Shown piece after piece: positions 10,788 through 22,821 of a stretch of DNA of 64,000 bases; positions within the stretch are counted from its first letter, which is position 1, and each line of letters begins with the position of its first letter. The position numbers and the translations under genes are program-made. The DNA is from an uncultured Methanosarcinaceae archaeon (lineage in GTDB: Archaea; Halobacteriota; Methanosarcinia; Methanosarcinales; Methanosarcinaceae), in assembly GCA_963733675.1 (NCBI GenBank), contig CAVTET010000012.1, positions 96,001-160,000 of the forward strand. Direction: 5' to 3'. Below the pieces are notes generated by a model. The model worked only from the letters and a program-made list of their open reading frames with translations, did not search any database and was not told the DNA's origin.

Positions 10788-11954
10788 TTATTTTCTTGCA
10801 AGGGGGCTTATTTCCCTGAGCCTTGCCACAATTTCTCTCATGGCATCAATTGCCGCATCAGCATCTCCCATATGATTGTAGCGCCCGAAGGTAAAGCGTA
10901 CCGAACCATGGGCTCTCTCATGGTCTCCTCCTATACCTCTGATTACATGGCTTGATTCAAGAGAACGGCTAAAACAAGCTGAACCTGTGCTCACTGCAAA
11001 ACCCTTCATATCCATATGCAAAGTTATGGATTCTCCCTCTACATAATGAAAAGTTAGGTTTGCGTTCTGTGGTAGACGTTTATTTCTGTTTCCGTTGAGG
11101 GTAACATCCGGGATTTCGGAAAGAGATTTATCAATTACCCGATCTCTCATCGCCTTAAGATGTCTTATTTCTTCTTCGTTTACGAGTTCTACAGCCTTTC
11201 CAAAGCCTATAGCTCCGGGAATGTTTTCTACCCCTGCCCTCAAGTTGAATTCTTGAAAACCTCCGTCCATGAATTTATTTATCTGGGTGTCTTTCCGGAT
11301 AAAGAGAGCGCCTATTCCCCGTGGGCCATGAATGGTATGTGCGGACATTGTTATTAGGTCTATGGGCAATTCTTTCACACTGAGGGGAAGCCGCGTAAAG
11401 CTATGGGTAGCATCGGTATGCAGGAACACATCTTTTTCTTCACAGATTTCTGAGATAACCTTCAGGTCCTGCACTGTCCCTATTTCCTGGTTTCCGTGCT
11501 GAATCGAAACAAGAACGGTCTCTTTTGTGATTGCTTTTCTTAATCCTTCGATATCTGCAAACCCCTCTGCATCCACATCCAGAAAAGTCACATCAAAACC
11601 CTGTTTTTGGAGTGCTTTTGCCGTGTTCAGCACAGAAAAATCCTCTATCTTCGAGACAATAATATGCTTGCCTTTCTTTTCCTTAAGGGCCCAAGATACT
11701 CCTTTAAGCGCTGTATTATTCGACTCCGTGTCACCAGAAGTGAAAATTACCTCGCCGGAGCTTGCTTCGAGTTTTGAAATTATGCTTTCGCGGGCTTTTT
11801 CAAGTCCTTCTTTTGATTCTATTCCCATAGAATAGCCAAATTCAGATGTAGCTACTGCATATTTATCAAAAAAGTAAGGCGTCATTGCCTCAAGTACCCG
11901 TTCATCCAATCGGGTGCTTGCAGCATTGTCAAGATAAATTATACTCTCAAATAT
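10788..11954 (-). CDS. iscS: IscS/NifS-like cysteine desulfurase homolog with degenerate PLP site
   Basis: Frame extends 5' of the ORF call to IYLDNAAST, with ATA at 11954 after a GAGGAGG RBS. Has FTSG and STGSAC, but SAHT replaces the canonical S.HK. Confidence 0.8.
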   Translation of the reverse strand: MFESIIYLDNAASTRLDERVLEAMTPYFFDKYAVATSEFGYSMGIESKEGLEKARESIISKLEASSGEVIFTSGDTESNNTALKGVSWALKEKKGKHIIVSKIEDFSVLNTAKALQKQGFDVTFLDVDAEGFADIEGLRKAITKETVLVSIQHGNQEIGTVQDLKVISEICEEKDVFLHTDATHSFTRLPLSVKELPIDLITMSAHTIHGPRGIGALFIRKDTQINKFMDGGFQEFNLRAGVENIPGAIGFGKAVELVNEEEIRHLKAMRDRVIDKSLSEIPDVTLNGNRNKRLPQNANLTFHYVEGESITLHMDMKGFAVSTGSACFSRSLESSHVIRGIGGDHERAHGSVRFTFGRYNHMGDADAAIDAMREIVARLREISPLARK

Positions 11955-12934
11955 TTTGTCCCCTCCTCAGCCTGGATAATAAATTCTTAATTTTAAATTT
12001 AAAATTTTAGAGTTTCCAGCAAATTGCTGGAATTTTAGGATTAGAACTCTATGTATAATAACTTAGTTTATTATACAGATTTGAGTCGAAATCAAAAATA
12101 GTTTCACATCTTTAAATATAAAAGAATTTATTCCAATTGAAATAAGAATGATTTCAATAACACAATCTCTCAAACATTATGAAGTGTTAGAAATTACCAT
12201 CAAACATTTGTTCCTAGAATTATTTTACTGAAGAAGAACCATTTGGATCTATAGAAGATCCTGTTCAACGAAAATAATCCAGCTATATTTATAAATATAT
12301 AAGAGTTAGTTTGATCGTGCTCAAATATTCTGTTGTTATGATTATTAACTCTCCTACAATTGAAGGCGATAAGAATTGCAATGATAGTAAATATTACAAA
12401 TGCTAAATATGAGAATATTATTATTGATATATGATACAAGCTCATTACCAATAATAGCGTTTCACAATTTTTAATAATATTTTACCAACAATTACACCGG
12501 CTATGAATCTAAATATAAATTCAATGATATTTTGTAATAATGGGTATTGATTTTCGATATCTTTAACATATATCCTATCAAATTTTAAAATGTCCAACAT
12601 AGTAATATATAAAAAAATTATAACCGTCTTTATGGCTTTAATTATGAATATTACTAAACCTATAATAATAGCTATTCAACACAAAAGATAAGATTTTAAA
12701 TATATATAGTACCGAAAAGAAAACTTATAAAGTAATAGAACTAATATCCCTTTGCACAAAAGATACGCAAGTTTTTTGAAGTAAATTAAATACTGTTAAT
12801 GTGTGCAACATCAACAGTATTGTCTCAAACCAGTCCGTGATGAATTATGATTTTCATAATGGTGAATTCTTTTAAGGCTCGGAATATATTTATGTCTCTA
12901 TGGCGCTTTCACATCTTTTATCTGAGATGTCGTC

Positions 12935-13308
12935 TCATGCCATTTCCAATCCCAATAACAAATTGTCATCATGAGTTGTGTTATGAGATCCTGAAGAAGT
13001 ATGAGCATAAATAATTGCCGAAGATGAATGATTAGGTTCTACAGCAAACGATCCTGCTAAAATGATTATTACCAACAAAAATCTTACCACTCCAGATAAT
13101 AAAATATTAAACTCTGATTCGATCAAGTTGAAATCGGCGAAAACGATATAAAAACTGCCATAAACATGAATACAGCTGGAAAATATTCATGTTCGATAAT
13201 CATTCCTAAAGCAATTACTATACAGAACAATCCAAATATCCAACGGAGTATGCCGGTTAACGTTATTTTTATGGGTTCTTTTTGATCCATCTCTATACTC
13301 CAAATCAA
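12935..13308 (-). pseudogene. Small membrane protein split by a frameshift
   Basis: ORFs 13123-13308 and 12935-13126 join by a 1-nt indel (..PIST/LIESEFNILLSG..). Confidence 0.5.
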
Positions 13309-13489
13309 TTTTTTGTTTAATATGCAAAAAATGATCTTTATATTAATGTATGTTACTTAATCCCGGTTTTTGCAAAGTTAAAGACTTGATGTAGTTTCTT
13401 CTGACCACATATCTCCGGAAATAGGTAGGATCAGAGGAACTCGGCATATCTTGGCAACTAGAACTCAAAAACCCTCCAAAACTCCAATA

Positions 13490-13815
13490 AAGAGATTTGC
13501 ATTAGAATTTCTTGCTTTTTGGGTATAAGAGCCCAAAACTCACCAATAACTTCTATTCCATTGTAAGATCTTCTTTCATTATGCTCATGATTTCCATGGT
13601 CATTTTGATGGATATTATCCTTCCTCCGATTTCCTTGAAATCATTCATCTGTCTTTCGTGTGAAATAACTTTAGCCTCATATATCGTATTTTTACCATCT
13701 TCCTGCTGAATCCCAGCATATCATCTTGGGAAATAGTTTTTTCAAGCTCTCCTTTTTCCAACAGCATTAGTCTCCAGAAAGTGAAATAACATGGAGATTC
13801 CCATGCCCATTTCCA
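13490..13815 (-). pseudogene. DsrE/DsrF-like sulfur carrier remnant
   Basis: Fragments MGMGISM, FTFW, DFKEIGGRII..MTMEIMSIMKEDL across frames; lies directly downstream of tusA; boundaries approximate. Confidence 0.65.
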
Positions 13816-13901
13816 AGGTTCAGTTTTAAATTATCAGTAGACAATCTAATTTATCTATATCACCAGTATAATTACCGTCTTTTCTACTATTTCGATTCCT
13901 T

Positions 13902-14129
13902 TTACCTTCGTATCTTTATCTCCCACTCTTTTCCTCCTTCTTTATCCTCAATTTTCAGCACTTCGAGCCCCATTGCTTTGCAGGCCATAGGAATCTCTTC
14001 CTTAGATGCTGGATGCGTGCCCTTTACAATTAAAATGTCCCCTGGAGACGCTCTCTTGAATGCTCTTCTGCATACTACCAGCGGAACCGGGCATGTTTGC
14101 TCCCGAACGTCGATTTCCATTTCTGCCAT
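13902..14129 (-). CDS. tusA: TusA-family sulfurtransferase
   Basis: IDVREQTCPVP (CPxP) motif, 75 aa, AGGAG RBS. Confidence 0.85.
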   Translation of the reverse strand: MAEMEIDVREQTCPVPLVVCRRAFKRASPGDILIVKGTHPASKEEIPMACKAMGLEVLKIEDKEGGKEWEIKIRR

Positions 14130-14818
14130 TAATCTTACTCCTTTATTCGAGAAAGAGAAGGTTCTTGACAGCAGTTCCTGCTGCCTTACCCAAAATTCAT
14201 GTATTTAAAAAATATATAATTTGATCGTGTTGTAAATATTATTTAGAAATCACCCTGATTTTCTTATTTGGAACTCTCATTCTCTTCAGAAGCTCTCCTG
14301 ATTTACTAAAGGCAATTCTCTCTTAAAATGATTCGCTAGCCAGATTTATTTAAGTGAATGTTAACACATTCCCATGACCTTAGGAATCTTCTCTAAATCA
14401 GCCTCGGATCTCTAGCAAAAAAACTCATTTAACGATAGATTGCACTCACTTCTACTCATACACTAAACCCCTTTATTTTTTATTATTTTCTGGAATTGCA
14501 AAATTATCATTGTTTCCTAGCAATTAACAAACATCAATCAAAAACCCATAAAGCAACTATAAGTCTCATGTTTCTCTTAGACATAACTTTAGTTCTTGTT
14601 CTGGAGTTATTATCAAATATGGAAAAAAAGAGGACATCACTCTTTTTGGGAAAATACAAGATATTATTGTGCTTACTATTTTCAGTAACTATGGGCATGA
14701 TTAAACAGATGAAGGAATTACTCGAAGGAAGCTTCTCCCTCGGAGGGCCAGTTCACTGGACAAAAATTCATTCACCTGAAAGCTTAAAACCTAATGCCAC
14801 CTTTACTACTAATTACGC

Positions 14819-16129
14819 ATGACAGGTAAATCCAATGATGGCGAAATGAAAATTGAACATGATGTTCATACTCAGAGAAAAAGCAGAAGAATACAAAAGA
14901 AATATGCTGAAAATATATCTAGATATTTTTCTGGTCCCTATCATTCATCGGCTGAAGTTCCGACAGATGTGGTTATAATCCGTTACGGAGAACTTGCTCT
15001 CAAAAGTCCTGGAATTAGGAACTGGTATGAGAAAATTCTTATAAAAAACATTGTGGCAATGTTGAATTCGAGAGGAATTACATATTCTCGAATTCGTCGG
15101 GAATGGGGACGGATATTCATCGAGACTATCGATTCTCATGCAGCTGAGGCGGCTGCCGATGTTTTTGGGGTTGTCTCAACTTCCGCTGCGTTGACAACAA
15201 AACCCAGCCTTGAGGATGCAGCTAGTGTGTGTGTGGCTCTTGCTCAAAATTTTATTCGTGATGGTGAATTTTTTGCAATCAGAGCAAGGAAAAGTGGAAA
15301 CCACCCTTTTTCCTCAGTAGATATTGGTAGAGCCTGTGGAGATGCTGTCTGGAATTTCATGGAGAATGAAGGAAAAAAACCTAGAGTTGACCTGACATCT
15401 CCTGATAAGGAGATCTTCGTCGAAATGCGGCAAAGCTTAGCGTATATTTATCTAAAAACATTTATTGGGGTTGGAGGGCTTCCACTTGGCACACAGGGCA
15501 GCATGGTAGTTCTAATATCAGGAGGATTTGATTCACCGGTTGCTGCCTGGATTATGATGAAACGTGGAGTTATGATCATTCCGGTCTATTGTAACAATAC
15601 TCCTTATGCCCAAAACGAAGCAAAAGAACGTGCTTTTGAATGCATTCGCCAACTTAATAAGTGGGCTCCAGGGCATCAGTTTACAACTTATGAGATTCCT
15701 CATGGTTCTAATCTGCAATCCTTTATTGCAAAATGCAATCGGAAAAATACCTGTCTTCTCTGTAAACGAATGATGTACAGAGAAGCCTATGAGATTATGA
15801 AAAAGGAAAAAGCAAGTGGAATTATCACCGGCTCTTCCCTCGGACAGGTAGCATCTCAAACTGCTGCCAACATGTACGCTGAGATTTATCAACTTCCAGT
15901 TCCAGTCTACCACCCTTTGATTGCCTTTGATAAAACAGAGATTATGGATATGGCCCGCAAAATTGAAACCTATGATATCTCCAGTCGATCGGCAGGAAGC
16001 TGTACTGCCGTTCCAGAACGTCCAGAAATCGGGGCAAATTACGATATGATTGCGCTTGAAGAAAAAAAAATGGATATCGAAACTATGGTTTCCAGTGCTT
16101 TAAAAGCCGCAAAGATTCTTAAACTATGA
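14819..16129 (+). CDS. thiI: tRNA 4-thiouridine synthase
   Basis: IRYGELALKS, THUMP domain, PP-loop LISGGFDS, CLLC, GSSLGQVASQT, and a C-terminal Cys (methanogen Fe-S type). Confidence 0.93.
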   Translation: MTGKSNDGEMKIEHDVHTQRKSRRIQKKYAENISRYFSGPYHSSAEVPTDVVIIRYGELALKSPGIRNWYEKILIKNIVAMLNSRGITYSRIRREWGRIFIETIDSHAAEAAADVFGVVSTSAALTTKPSLEDAASVCVALAQNFIRDGEFFAIRARKSGNHPFSSVDIGRACGDAVWNFMENEGKKPRVDLTSPDKEIFVEMRQSLAYIYLKTFIGVGGLPLGTQGSMVVLISGGFDSPVAAWIMMKRGVMIIPVYCNNTPYAQNEAKERAFECIRQLNKWAPGHQFTTYEIPHGSNLQSFIAKCNRKNTCLLCKRMMYREAYEIMKKEKASGIITGSSLGQVASQTAANMYAEIYQLPVPVYHPLIAFDKTEIMDMARKIETYDISSRSAGSCTAVPERPEIGANYDMIALEEKKMDIETMVSSALKAAKILKL

Positions 16130-16189
16130 TATGGATAAAATCATTTTTCAGATTTAATTTATAATTCTCAGTAACCAAGAATTCCTAAG

Positions 16190-17555
16190 ATTTTAGAGGA
16201 ATGTCCATTCCCACAACAAGCTGCGTGAATCATCATCTTTGGCTCCTACCAAACTAGGGAAGATTTGATAGACTTACTTGTTCCATATTTCAAAAAGGAC
16301 TGGAAAATAATGAATTTTGCATGTGGGTCACATCACAACCTTTGGAAGTAGAAGAGGCAAAAGAAGCCCTTAGGAAGGTGGTTCCTGATAGTGATGTTTA
16401 TTTTGAGAAAGGACAACTTGAAATTATTCCTTACTTCCAGTGGTATGTAAAAGAGGGTACTTTCGATTCAGATAGAGTCTTGAATGGGTAGGTTGAAAAA
16501 CTCAATCCGGCTCTGGCTAATGGCTATGATGGTTTGAGGTTAACTGGAAATACTTTTTGGTTGGAAAAAGAAGATTGGGACGATTTTTTTGATTATGAGA
16601 AAGAGGTTGATAGAGTGATCGGTAACTACCAGATGATAGCTTTCTGCGCCTATCAGTTCGACAGGTGCAACGCAACCGGAATCATCGATGTAATCGTCAA
16701 CCACCAATTTGCTTTGATCAAAAAGAAAGGAAAATGGGAACAGACAGAAAGTTCCAAGCGTAGAGAAGCAGAAAAAAAGTAATTCTACAATCTTTGCATA
16801 GGAAAAAGGCAGAAGATACCCTACTCCAGGCTTATGAGAATCTCCAGATGAAATCCGAGGAGCTACAGCTTCAGTCTGAATAGGTCCAGGCGCAGAATGA
16901 GGAGTTGCGTACTCATCAGAAGAACTTCATGAAGCATATGAAACTATGAGGGAGAGCGAGGAACGTTTCCATACTCTGGCTAATGCGATACCACAATTGG
17001 CTTGGATTGCTCATCCAGATAGTTATATTTACTGGTATAACGAACGCTGGTACTCTTATACCGGTACCACACAGGAACAAATGAAGGGCTGGAGCTGGCA
17101 GAGTGTTCACGATCCAGACATGGCTACCAAAAGTACTTGAAAATTGGGAGGCTTCGCTTGCTACGGGGCAGATGTTTGATATGGAGTTTCTCCTGCGCGG
17201 CGCGGATGATATTTTCCGCCCGTTCCTTACTCGTGTTTTGCCGTTGAAAGACGCTGCAAGAAACGTTCTCCAATGGTTTGGGACAAATACCGATGTCACA
17301 GAGCGCAAACAAATGGAAGATCTTCTGCGTGAAAGTGAAGCACATCGTAGGGTTATTAAAGCTATCGAAGTTGAACGGCGGCGGTTATTTGACGTGCTAG
17401 ATACGCTTCCAGCAATGATATGTCTGTTGACATCTGACTATCGTGTCGCCTTTGCCAACCGCAGCTACCGCAAACATTTTGGTGCTTCAGGTGGGCGGCG
17501 CTGTTATGGATATCGCTTTGGATTCACAAAGCCGTGTGAGTTCTGCGAATCATAA
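16190..17555 (+). pseudogene. MEDS-PAS sensor histidine kinase, fragmented, kinase domain missing
   Basis: MEDS fragments (GLENNEFCMWVT, RLTGNTFWLEK) and PAS fragments (ESEERFHTLANAIPQLAW, WFGTNTDVTERK) with TAG/TAA stops and frameshifts. Confidence 0.85.
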
Positions 17556-18251
17556 ATTGATCATGGAACAGATATCATTGTGAATTCGGCAACCAAATTT
17601 ATCGGTGGGCATGGGAGTTCAATCGGTGGTTCCATAGTAGATTCCGGAAAATTCTCATGGAACAATGGAAAGTTCCCGGAATTGACAGATCCTGATCCCA
17701 GTTATCACGGTTTGAAATATTGGGATACGTTTTCAAAATTCCCTGGTCTTGGTAATGTAGCATTTATCTTTAAAGTACGGCTGCAACTTCTTAGGGATAC
17801 CGGTGCTACTCTTTCATCCTTCAATCCTTTTCTATTACTTCTAGGAATTGAAACACTGCATCTGAGGATACAGCGACACTCAGAAAACGCCCTCACGGTA
17901 GCAAAATACCTTTCAAGCCATCCAAAAGTCTCATGGATAAATTATCCCGGTTTACCGGATCATCCAAGCCATGAGCTTGCATCTAGACACCTCAGAGATG
18001 GTTATGGTGCATTGATAGGTTTTGGTGTGAGTGGTGCAGATAAAACTTTTATAAATAATCTGAAGCTGTTTTCACATGTTACCAACATAGGAGACTCCAA
18101 AAGTTTTGTCATCCATCCTGCAACTACCACACATCAGCAGCTAACCCCAACTGAGCAAGAGGCAGCAGGCGTTAAGCCAGATTTCATACGCCTTCCCATT
18201 GGTATTGAGGATGTCGAAGATATAGTCTCGGATCTGAAACTAGCTCTTTAA
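17556..18251 (+). pseudogene. metY: O-acetylhomoserine sulfhydrylase, C-terminal half only
   Basis: [15 protein letters not shown] (PLP Lys), [17 protein letters not shown]; N-terminal half absent, abuts the PAS fragment. Confidence 0.85.
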
Positions 18252-18367
18252 AAAGTGTGACAATAAGTTCTATTTCACATAATATTAGAGTTTCACTTTG
18301 AAACGCATTCAATAGGAACTCAAGAAAACCAGATTAGTTCATATAATAAGGACACTAACTGATTTTA

Positions 18368-18610
18368 TCATTTTGTTTTTACCATGTTATAAGCGTCTGC
18401 TACTGCAAATATCCATATACCAAAAAATGTGAACAATCCAATGATAAGAGCCATCAAACAGAAGCTAAACCCCAATTCAGCAAGTATTGCAATTCCTCAA
18501 AATAAATCACCTGCATAGATCTGACAGGTCCTGGAATTATGAAAGATAATAACGCGGCAATCAGTGGACTTTTCTTTTTACTTTCGTTTTTTTTTCTATG
18601 TCACATTCAT
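18368..18610 (-). pseudogene. TM2-like small membrane protein remnant
   Basis: KSPLIAALLSFIIPG..QIYAG and IWIFAVADAYN fragments with stops and frameshifts. Confidence 0.55.
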
Positions 18611-19171
18611 AGCTCAAAGACAATATCAATTCACCACTAAAACTATTTTTGTTTTACTTATTAAATATAATTTCGGCGTCTCCTTGAACCTTCATCACTC
18701 GAAACCTATACTTGCAGTCTTCAGGATTCAAAAATTTGAGTCATCTTTTTGAGTGTTTCAGTCATTTGTATTTATGCTTGCTTATTTGTTACTAGTGTTG
18801 ACGGATTCGAATTGTTAACTTGATTTTAAGATATTACATTTTTTTCTTCATTGTAAATAATAAAAACAATTCAAGGATCAGTATCGTAGAAAAAGACATC
18901 TGGATAATGTTTTCAATTTTGCTTATGTTTGATATTACTTTGTAAATACTGGGACAAACAAGTCAGACAAATATATTCTTATATTATTTGGAATGATCAG
19001 GTTTAAAAACACTTAAGCAAAAATTTTGATTTTTTATTTTTGCCGTGTAACTACAAAAAATTTGGAGAAAAATAGGAAAATTTCACAAATATAATAGAAT
19101 TTTTCAAAGCTCGGAGAATTAAACTTTAGGAAATATAATGTGATCTACCAGCATCTTCCATTTTTTTTAAT

Positions 19172-19453
19172 TTACTGTTTGTTTTGTATATCTTTTTCTA
19201 CCTCTTTGATCATCGATTCTACAATGTTTGCTTTTTCGCAGTGAGAAGCTTCTTTTGGCTTGCAATTTATGAGAATACTCATCAATCTGTCGGCTGTCTG
19301 GTAAAACTTCATATCTTCCAGCCTGACAAGCAATTCTGACAAAATCTCGCTAAATCCCCTGCATTTATCGTGGTTACAGACTGCCTGCTGATGAAGCTGA
19401 CATAAGTGCTGTAAATCTTTTAATATTTCGTTTGGGATATTATTCTCAATCAT
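19172..19453 (-). CDS. Hypothetical Cys/His-containing helical protein
   Basis: Clean 93-aa ORF with GGAG RBS. Confidence 0.65.
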   Translation of the reverse strand: MIENNIPNEILKDLQHLCQLHQQAVCNHDKCRGFSEILSELLVRLEDMKFYQTADRLMSILINCKPKEASHCEKANIVESMIKEVEKDIQNKQ

Positions 19454-19715
19454 AAGAAATGCTCCAATTTAATAATTTGATCGTGTCAGTAGGTTCTTGA
19501 TTAATTATGAAAAATGAGTACTACCCAATAATTTAACAAAAATACAGAGATATCCTTATGCTCACTATTTTCAGTAACTTGCGGCCATTAGCTAAAAATT
19601 AGATTTTTAGACAAAACTATGGGCGCGAAAAAATTTACGTGGTTAGCATTTTCGAACGCTGTAGGCAAATCTTGGACATATTCTTTTGCAATTAAAGTAA
19701 TAAGGATAATTCAAT

Positions 19716-20300
19716 ATGACACAAATGGATATTGTAATATTTTTCCTTGAGATCTCTGTGATGCTTTTCATGGCACTTTTGCGTTGTCATATAATGGGTA
19801 TCTTCGTTTTCATGTGTATTAGTTAAGTTTTTTGGGGGCATCATTCTCGAGCCGACGGTTTTTAGATGGCTTAGTCCAGTTACTTATCGAGTGCTATTTC
19901 CAGCATTTGGTGCTATTTTTCAGGGTAAGAATGCACCACTCATATTTGCATCCTTTTCTTTTTATTCATTGCAGGTCTGCAAATAACCTGAGGCTCGTTA
20001 GAAACAGAGGCATTCACATAGAATGAGCCACCTTAATTGGCATATTGTTACCATTTACAATTGGTTTTGGTATGGTCGTCACGTTCCCGAATATGTGGGG
20101 AGTATTTCAAGAGCGGAACATTTTTTTGTGATGTTCATGGGAACAGCATTGCAATATCAGCCCTTCCAGTCATTTCTAGAACTCTCATGGACCTAGTTTG
20201 CTGAATACAGATATAGGGGGTGATAATTATTGGGCCGCAACAGTCAATGATCTGATCGGGTGGTCGTTATTTGCTTTTATTCCGAGCAATTTCGTACTAC
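19716..20300 (+). pseudogene. Cation:proton antiporter (CPA2) remnant truncated by IS6
   Basis: GGIIL, LFLFIAGLQI, ISALPVISRTLMDL, AATVNDLIGW fragments across frames. Confidence 0.75.
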
Positions 20301-20803
20301 CTATAGTAGGTGGATAAGCTGGATTTTTATCAACGGTTATTACTCTTGGAATTTGATTATGATTAGAACTCGAAGCTTTCTTAAAGAATCTCTTCGCTGC
20401 TTTTCTATTTCGTTTTGCACTTAACATGAAATCGATTATGTCCCCATCTGAGTCACCTGCTCGGTAAAAAAATTTCCATTTACCTTTTACTTTGATATAG
20501 GTTTCATCAACTCTCCACGAATCATTTGTTGTTCTTAAATGTCTTCTTATCTTCTTTTCTATTTCAAGGGAATATTGATGTACCCATCCCATTATAGTAC
20601 TGTGATCAACTTGAATTCCTCTTTCTATCATCATTTCCTTTAAATTTCTATAGCTCAATTGATATTTTAAGTACCATCTTACATTCAATAAGATAATTTC
20701 TCCTTCATAATGCTTCCATTTAAAGGAATTAGATAGCATATTACTATCTTTGGTTTTCTTTTTATTCTATTGTATAATTAGAAAGAATTTTTGCAACGGA
20801 ACC
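20301..20803 (-). mobile_element. IS6-family element copy 3, 3'-truncated
   Basis: One TIR at 20803; transposase homology ends after NPAYPP and joins the antiporter remnant. Confidence 0.9.
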
Positions 20804-21456
20804 AGTCCTTTTCAGTATACTTTCAATATTAGGTTAAAATCGGATTTAATGCGATAGCTGCAATTTGACTTAGAGATATACAGCTATTATAATAAAATTT
20901 ATGCATTCTTCTCAAATTTCAGTATAAAAATCTCCGAAAATTTCAGCCTAAATTGGTAAAATGCAGAGATTTTACTACAAAAAAACGATGTATGAATCCC
21001 GATAAAAATTTGATAAAACAATAAATGCACATTATTGAATAAAACCGAGAAAAGAGTCTAGAAGTTTCGTGAATTTGTTGTAAATGTAATGTAATTAACA
21101 TTTATTCAGATTTTATATATAATTTAAAATTTCTTTGGTTAATTAAGAAATTTTTTAATATGTTCTTAACAAAATAAGCTGATATAATACATTTGTATTT
21201 CTCCAGTTAATGAAATAACTGGGAAACAATTATGAAAACTTGAAAATATTTAAATTGCAATTTTACATAGATTCTCTGTGTTCATTTCGATTCTCAGGTA
21301 CTAAATTCTATAAAATCAAATTGTGTACATAGATGATGAGCATATTTTTTTTCAGTCAGTTGTATAAATTTTTATTCCCCCAAATGAAAAGGCTTTTATT
21401 TTCTAATTATAACATATTAATGGATATTTTTTTCATAAATATTATTTGGGGATAAA

Positions 21457-21783
21457 ATGAATACGAGTGAAAATTCAAAAGTTCCGTATATTGTAGAAAA
21501 TATCAAGAAATGTATGTGTCCAAAGTGTCCAGTTCAAACAAACAGCAAATGTGCAACGGATAAACTCGAAAACTTAGTAAAGGGGTTAGAAAATGCACGA
21601 GAAGGTGAGGTTCCTGAACCTCAAAACGTTCCTGGAATATATTGTTCGACGGGCAAATCTACCTGTCAGGATCTTAATCTAAAAGAACAGTGTATATGCT
21701 ATACCTGCGCTGTCTGGAAGGAGTACGATCTGCAAAATGTAAAGCTTGGGATGTATTTCTGTCAGAAAGGTAAAGCTGTTTGA
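21457..21783 (+). CDS. DUF2769-type Cys-rich metal-binding protein
   Basis: CMCPKCP, YCSTGKSTC, CICYTCAVWKEYDL, YFC pattern. Confidence 0.8.
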   Translation: MNTSENSKVPYIVENIKKCMCPKCPVQTNSKCATDKLENLVKGLENAREGEVPEPQNVPGIYCSTGKSTCQDLNLKEQCICYTCAVWKEYDLQNVKLGMYFCQKGKAV

Positions 21784-21800
21784 AATAAATAAAAGAATTA

Positions 21801-21833
21801 GGGACTTTTTAAGTCCCAGGAATTCCTTTTTAA
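21801..21833 (+). terminator. Hairpin plus T-tract after the DUF2769 gene
   Basis: GGGACTT-TTT-AAGTCCC followed by a T-run. Confidence 0.4.
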
Positions 21834-21925
21834 ATAGTTCGTTTTAGTATCCTATTCTCTTTCTATCTGTTGAAGAGGCCCAGGAACTTTGAATAATATT
21901 TGGAAATTTGCTGGTAGGAAGTAAA

Positions 21926-22316
21926 ATGTCCCTAGGCTCAAGACCTTTTATGCTATCTGATCTCTCACTGCTTATTTAGATCTTAGCTTTTTCCTGTCTT
22001 TTGTACGCAGTTTACAGGAGAAGAGAAAGCATAGTCAGCCATGGGAAAATAGCTTCAATAGCTTTTTATCTTGCATTGCCTGCCGTTTTCTATATGCTGT
22101 ATAATAGATTAAGAAACACTACCCTATTACAATTTGCTTCTGAACCTGCACATGCTTCTCGGCATACTAACTATCACAACTGGAACTCTATTTGTTACCA
22201 ATCAGTGGAAGTGGAAAATAAAAAAATATATGGACCTCGAGATTCTCCTGTGGATAGGTACTTTACTCTTAGGTATCACAGTTTATATGCTACTTTACGG
22301 TCCAGGTTTATTCTAA
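21926..22316 (+). pseudogene. Small 4-TM His-containing membrane protein (DUF420-like)
   Basis: ATG 21926, in-frame TAG 21977-21979, and a frameshift near 22135 joining ORFs 22001-22324 and 22134-22316. Confidence 0.55.
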
Positions 22317-22437
22317 TCTATTAAGTTGCTGAAATCTTAAAAATTCTCTAATGAATATGGATTGTTCTTACCACCTGAGAGCAAAACCAAAAACTTACGA
22401 TTTGTCTCAGCACTCTATTATCAGTCTTGTGAAGCTT

Positions 22438-22821
22438 TCACTTTTTCTCAGTCACTGTTATAGTCCCTTTCATAGAAGGATGGATTGAACAAATATAATC
22501 ATATGTTCCGGATTTTGTAAACGTGAATTCATAAGCATCTTTTTGTGCTAATGATCCGGACTCGAAATTAGATCCTTTTACTATATGAGTGACAGAGTCC
22601 TGATTTGTCCACCTGACGGTATCACCTACTGATATTGTTACTAATGTATGATTAAAGGCAAAATTCTTAATCGATATATCGACAATCTTACCTTGACCAG
22701 TAACTTGAAGTGTAGCAGTTGTTTCGTTTGGAGCTGCTGGCTTCTGAGTATTATTTCCGACACACCCTGTTGCCAAAAATACAATAAACATGACTAGTAA
22801 AATAATAAGATGTTTTCTCAT
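22438..22821 (-). CDS. Cupredoxin (plastocyanin/azurin-type) lipoprotein
   Basis: Lipobox LATGC, WTNQDSVTH, type-1 Cu motif YICSIHPSM. Confidence 0.9.
   Translation of the reverse strand: MRKHLIILLVMFIVFLATGCVGNNTQKPAAPNETTATLQVTGQGKIVDISIKNFAFNHTLVTISVGDTVRWTNQDSVTHIVKGSNFESGSLAQKDAYEFTFTKSGTYDYICSIHPSMKGTITVTEKK

Noticed and set aside
14496-14822. 108-aa ORF upstream of thiI, and other short or antisense ORFs (e.g. 223-405, 30882-31454, 39056-39379, 63613-63936)
   Set aside because: No motifs; they are shadows of real genes or IS relics, or chance ORFs in AT-rich DNA.
20227-20739. IS6 transposase with a novel C-terminal domain
   Set aside because: The tail is the antisense reading of the antiporter remnant at a deletion junction.
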